NCBI RefSeq assembly: GCF_018350175.1
Contig: NC_058374.1
Location: 48,794,001-48,858,000 of the forward strand
DNA from: Felis catus
Taxonomy: Eukaryota
Length of the DNA stretch: 64,000 bases
Direction of reading: 5' to 3'
Under the pieces are notes generated by a model. That model did no database searches. It was not told where the DNA came from and saw nothing but the letters and a program-made list of their open reading frames with translations. Made by a program: the position numbers and the translations under genes. Below are positions 62,969 to 64,000 of the stretch, piece after piece; position 1 is the first letter of the stretch; each line of letters starts with the position of its first letter.

Positions 62969-64000
62969 TTTTTTTTTTTTCACTTGAAGGCGGCTTGTTT
63001 ATTGGACCGCAGGGGATAGTTAGTGGCCAGGGAATGCACTGAGAGGACCCAATCTCCGGGGTGCCTCCCTCGATCTTCCATAGGTGGTGACAGTTTTGCA
63101 CAGTCCTTTCTATGGTGTCATCTATGGTGACTAGGGGCCGGTAGCCCATGACCTGTTTGGCTCTCTCACAGCTTAATAGTGGAATGTGCCAACCGGTGTG
63201 ACCCGCATCGGTGTGAAAGGGGGCTGGAGATGGATGACAGGACTGATCACCGTCACCAGGAGGGACAGCAGAAGGGCCAGGTGGTAGGGCACCCAGCACA
63301 GGATGTGGTACTTGGGGGCCTCGTAGTTGAGGCCTGTCAGGATGTGGGGCAGGAATGTCCAGAAAGGGATGGGTTCATCGTTGGTGATGTGAAATGCCTT
63401 CCCAATGACGGCTGCATCTTGGGAGAGGTGTTTTGCAGCCAAGACGTGTCCGTGAACCACGTTCTCCACGTTCTCCACAAAGGTGAAGCCCACCAGGTCC
63501 TCCCCGTTTCCAATCACAAACTTCATGTTGCCTTTCTTGGCTGCCTCGATGAGGATGGGGACCAACTGGGGGTCTTTGGGGCCAAAAGTGACATAAGGGC
63601 GAGTGGCTATGGTTACAAATTTCCTCTCAGGATCACTGGGGTCCAGGACTGTTCTCTCCTTTAAGATTTTTGTCTCCGTGTAACAGTCAATGGGTTTCAT
63701 GGCATAAGGGAGGTCTTCAATTCCATTCTTGATGTTGACACCCTCAAAGATGAACTGACACTGCTGGTTAAAATTAGTTTCTAAACCCCAGCCTCTTTGC
63801 AAGTTTTAATGACATTCTTGGTTGCAATGTAATTCATTCTGTAAGAGCTCCTTGTCGTTACTGGATGGTGGGGGTGATGCTCGGTGGAAAACTCTGATTA
63901 TACCTTTCAGAGCTGGGTACGGATCCTGTTGGTTGCAGAGGTCACCCGGAAAGAATCCCCCCCCCACCCCCACCCTGGGGGGTTGTCAAACCCTTGCCGC
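62969..64000 (-). pseudogene. NSDHL: Processed pseudogene (retrocopy) of NSDHL, sterol-4-alpha-carboxylate 3-dehydrogenase; continues beyond the window end
   Basis: Minus strand encodes QGFDNP..FF.GDLC..QD.YPALKG...[27 protein letters not shown]...[13 protein letters not shown]...[16 protein letters not shown], with no introns. AATAAA at 63003-62998, poly(A) as T12 at 62969-62980. Disablements: in-frame TAG at 63783-63781, 2-nt deletion near 63843, 1-nt deletions near 63752 and 63174, ~14-nt G-rich insertion near 63957-63975. Confidence 0.96.

Noticed and set aside
2209-62987. About 140 short ORFs in the six-frame track
   Set aside because: Most start at non-ATG codons and map to SINE bodies, L1 fragments, microsatellites or N runs; none resembles a cellular protein. 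The real PDE6H exons are too short or split to appear in the track.
63179-63664. 161-aa plus-strand ORF
   Set aside because: It is the antisense shadow of GC-rich NSDHL coding sequence, with no independent support.
1-64000. Exons of the expected syntenic neighbours ARHGDIB and RERG; numts, rRNA, CRISPR or foreign inserts
   Set aside because: No matching coding or structural sequence was seen; the neighbours presumably lie outside the window.

Overview
Vertebrate, almost certainly felid, genomic DNA: it is dense in tRNA-derived Can-SINEs, including near-consensus SINEC_Fc-type copies. The only intact protein-coding gene is PDE6H (cone cGMP phosphodiesterase gamma subunit, + strand). Its three coding exons (10463-10596, 11623-11663, 13892-13968) splice to a complete 83-aa protein. 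A non-coding exon 1 ending at 5811, behind a CRX-site-rich promoter, is inferred. The window ends inside a disabled, intronless, poly(A)-tailed NSDHL retrocopy on the - strand (62969 to beyond 64000). The rest is intergenic DNA with L1, L2, MIR, MaLR/ERV LTRs, hAT/Tigger MITEs, about 20 Can-SINEs and five short N gaps. I found no evidence of a new multi-gene biological system. The best leads are an out-of-frame uORF spanning the PDE6H exon 1/2 junction and overlapping the start codon, the X-to-autosome NSDHL retrocopy, a young solo LTR nested in a felid L1 3' end, and a palindromic MER53-like MITE hidden by a gap in intron 1. Repeat family names come from recalled consensus similarity, not a database run. 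Boundaries of old repeats are approximate (tens of bp).
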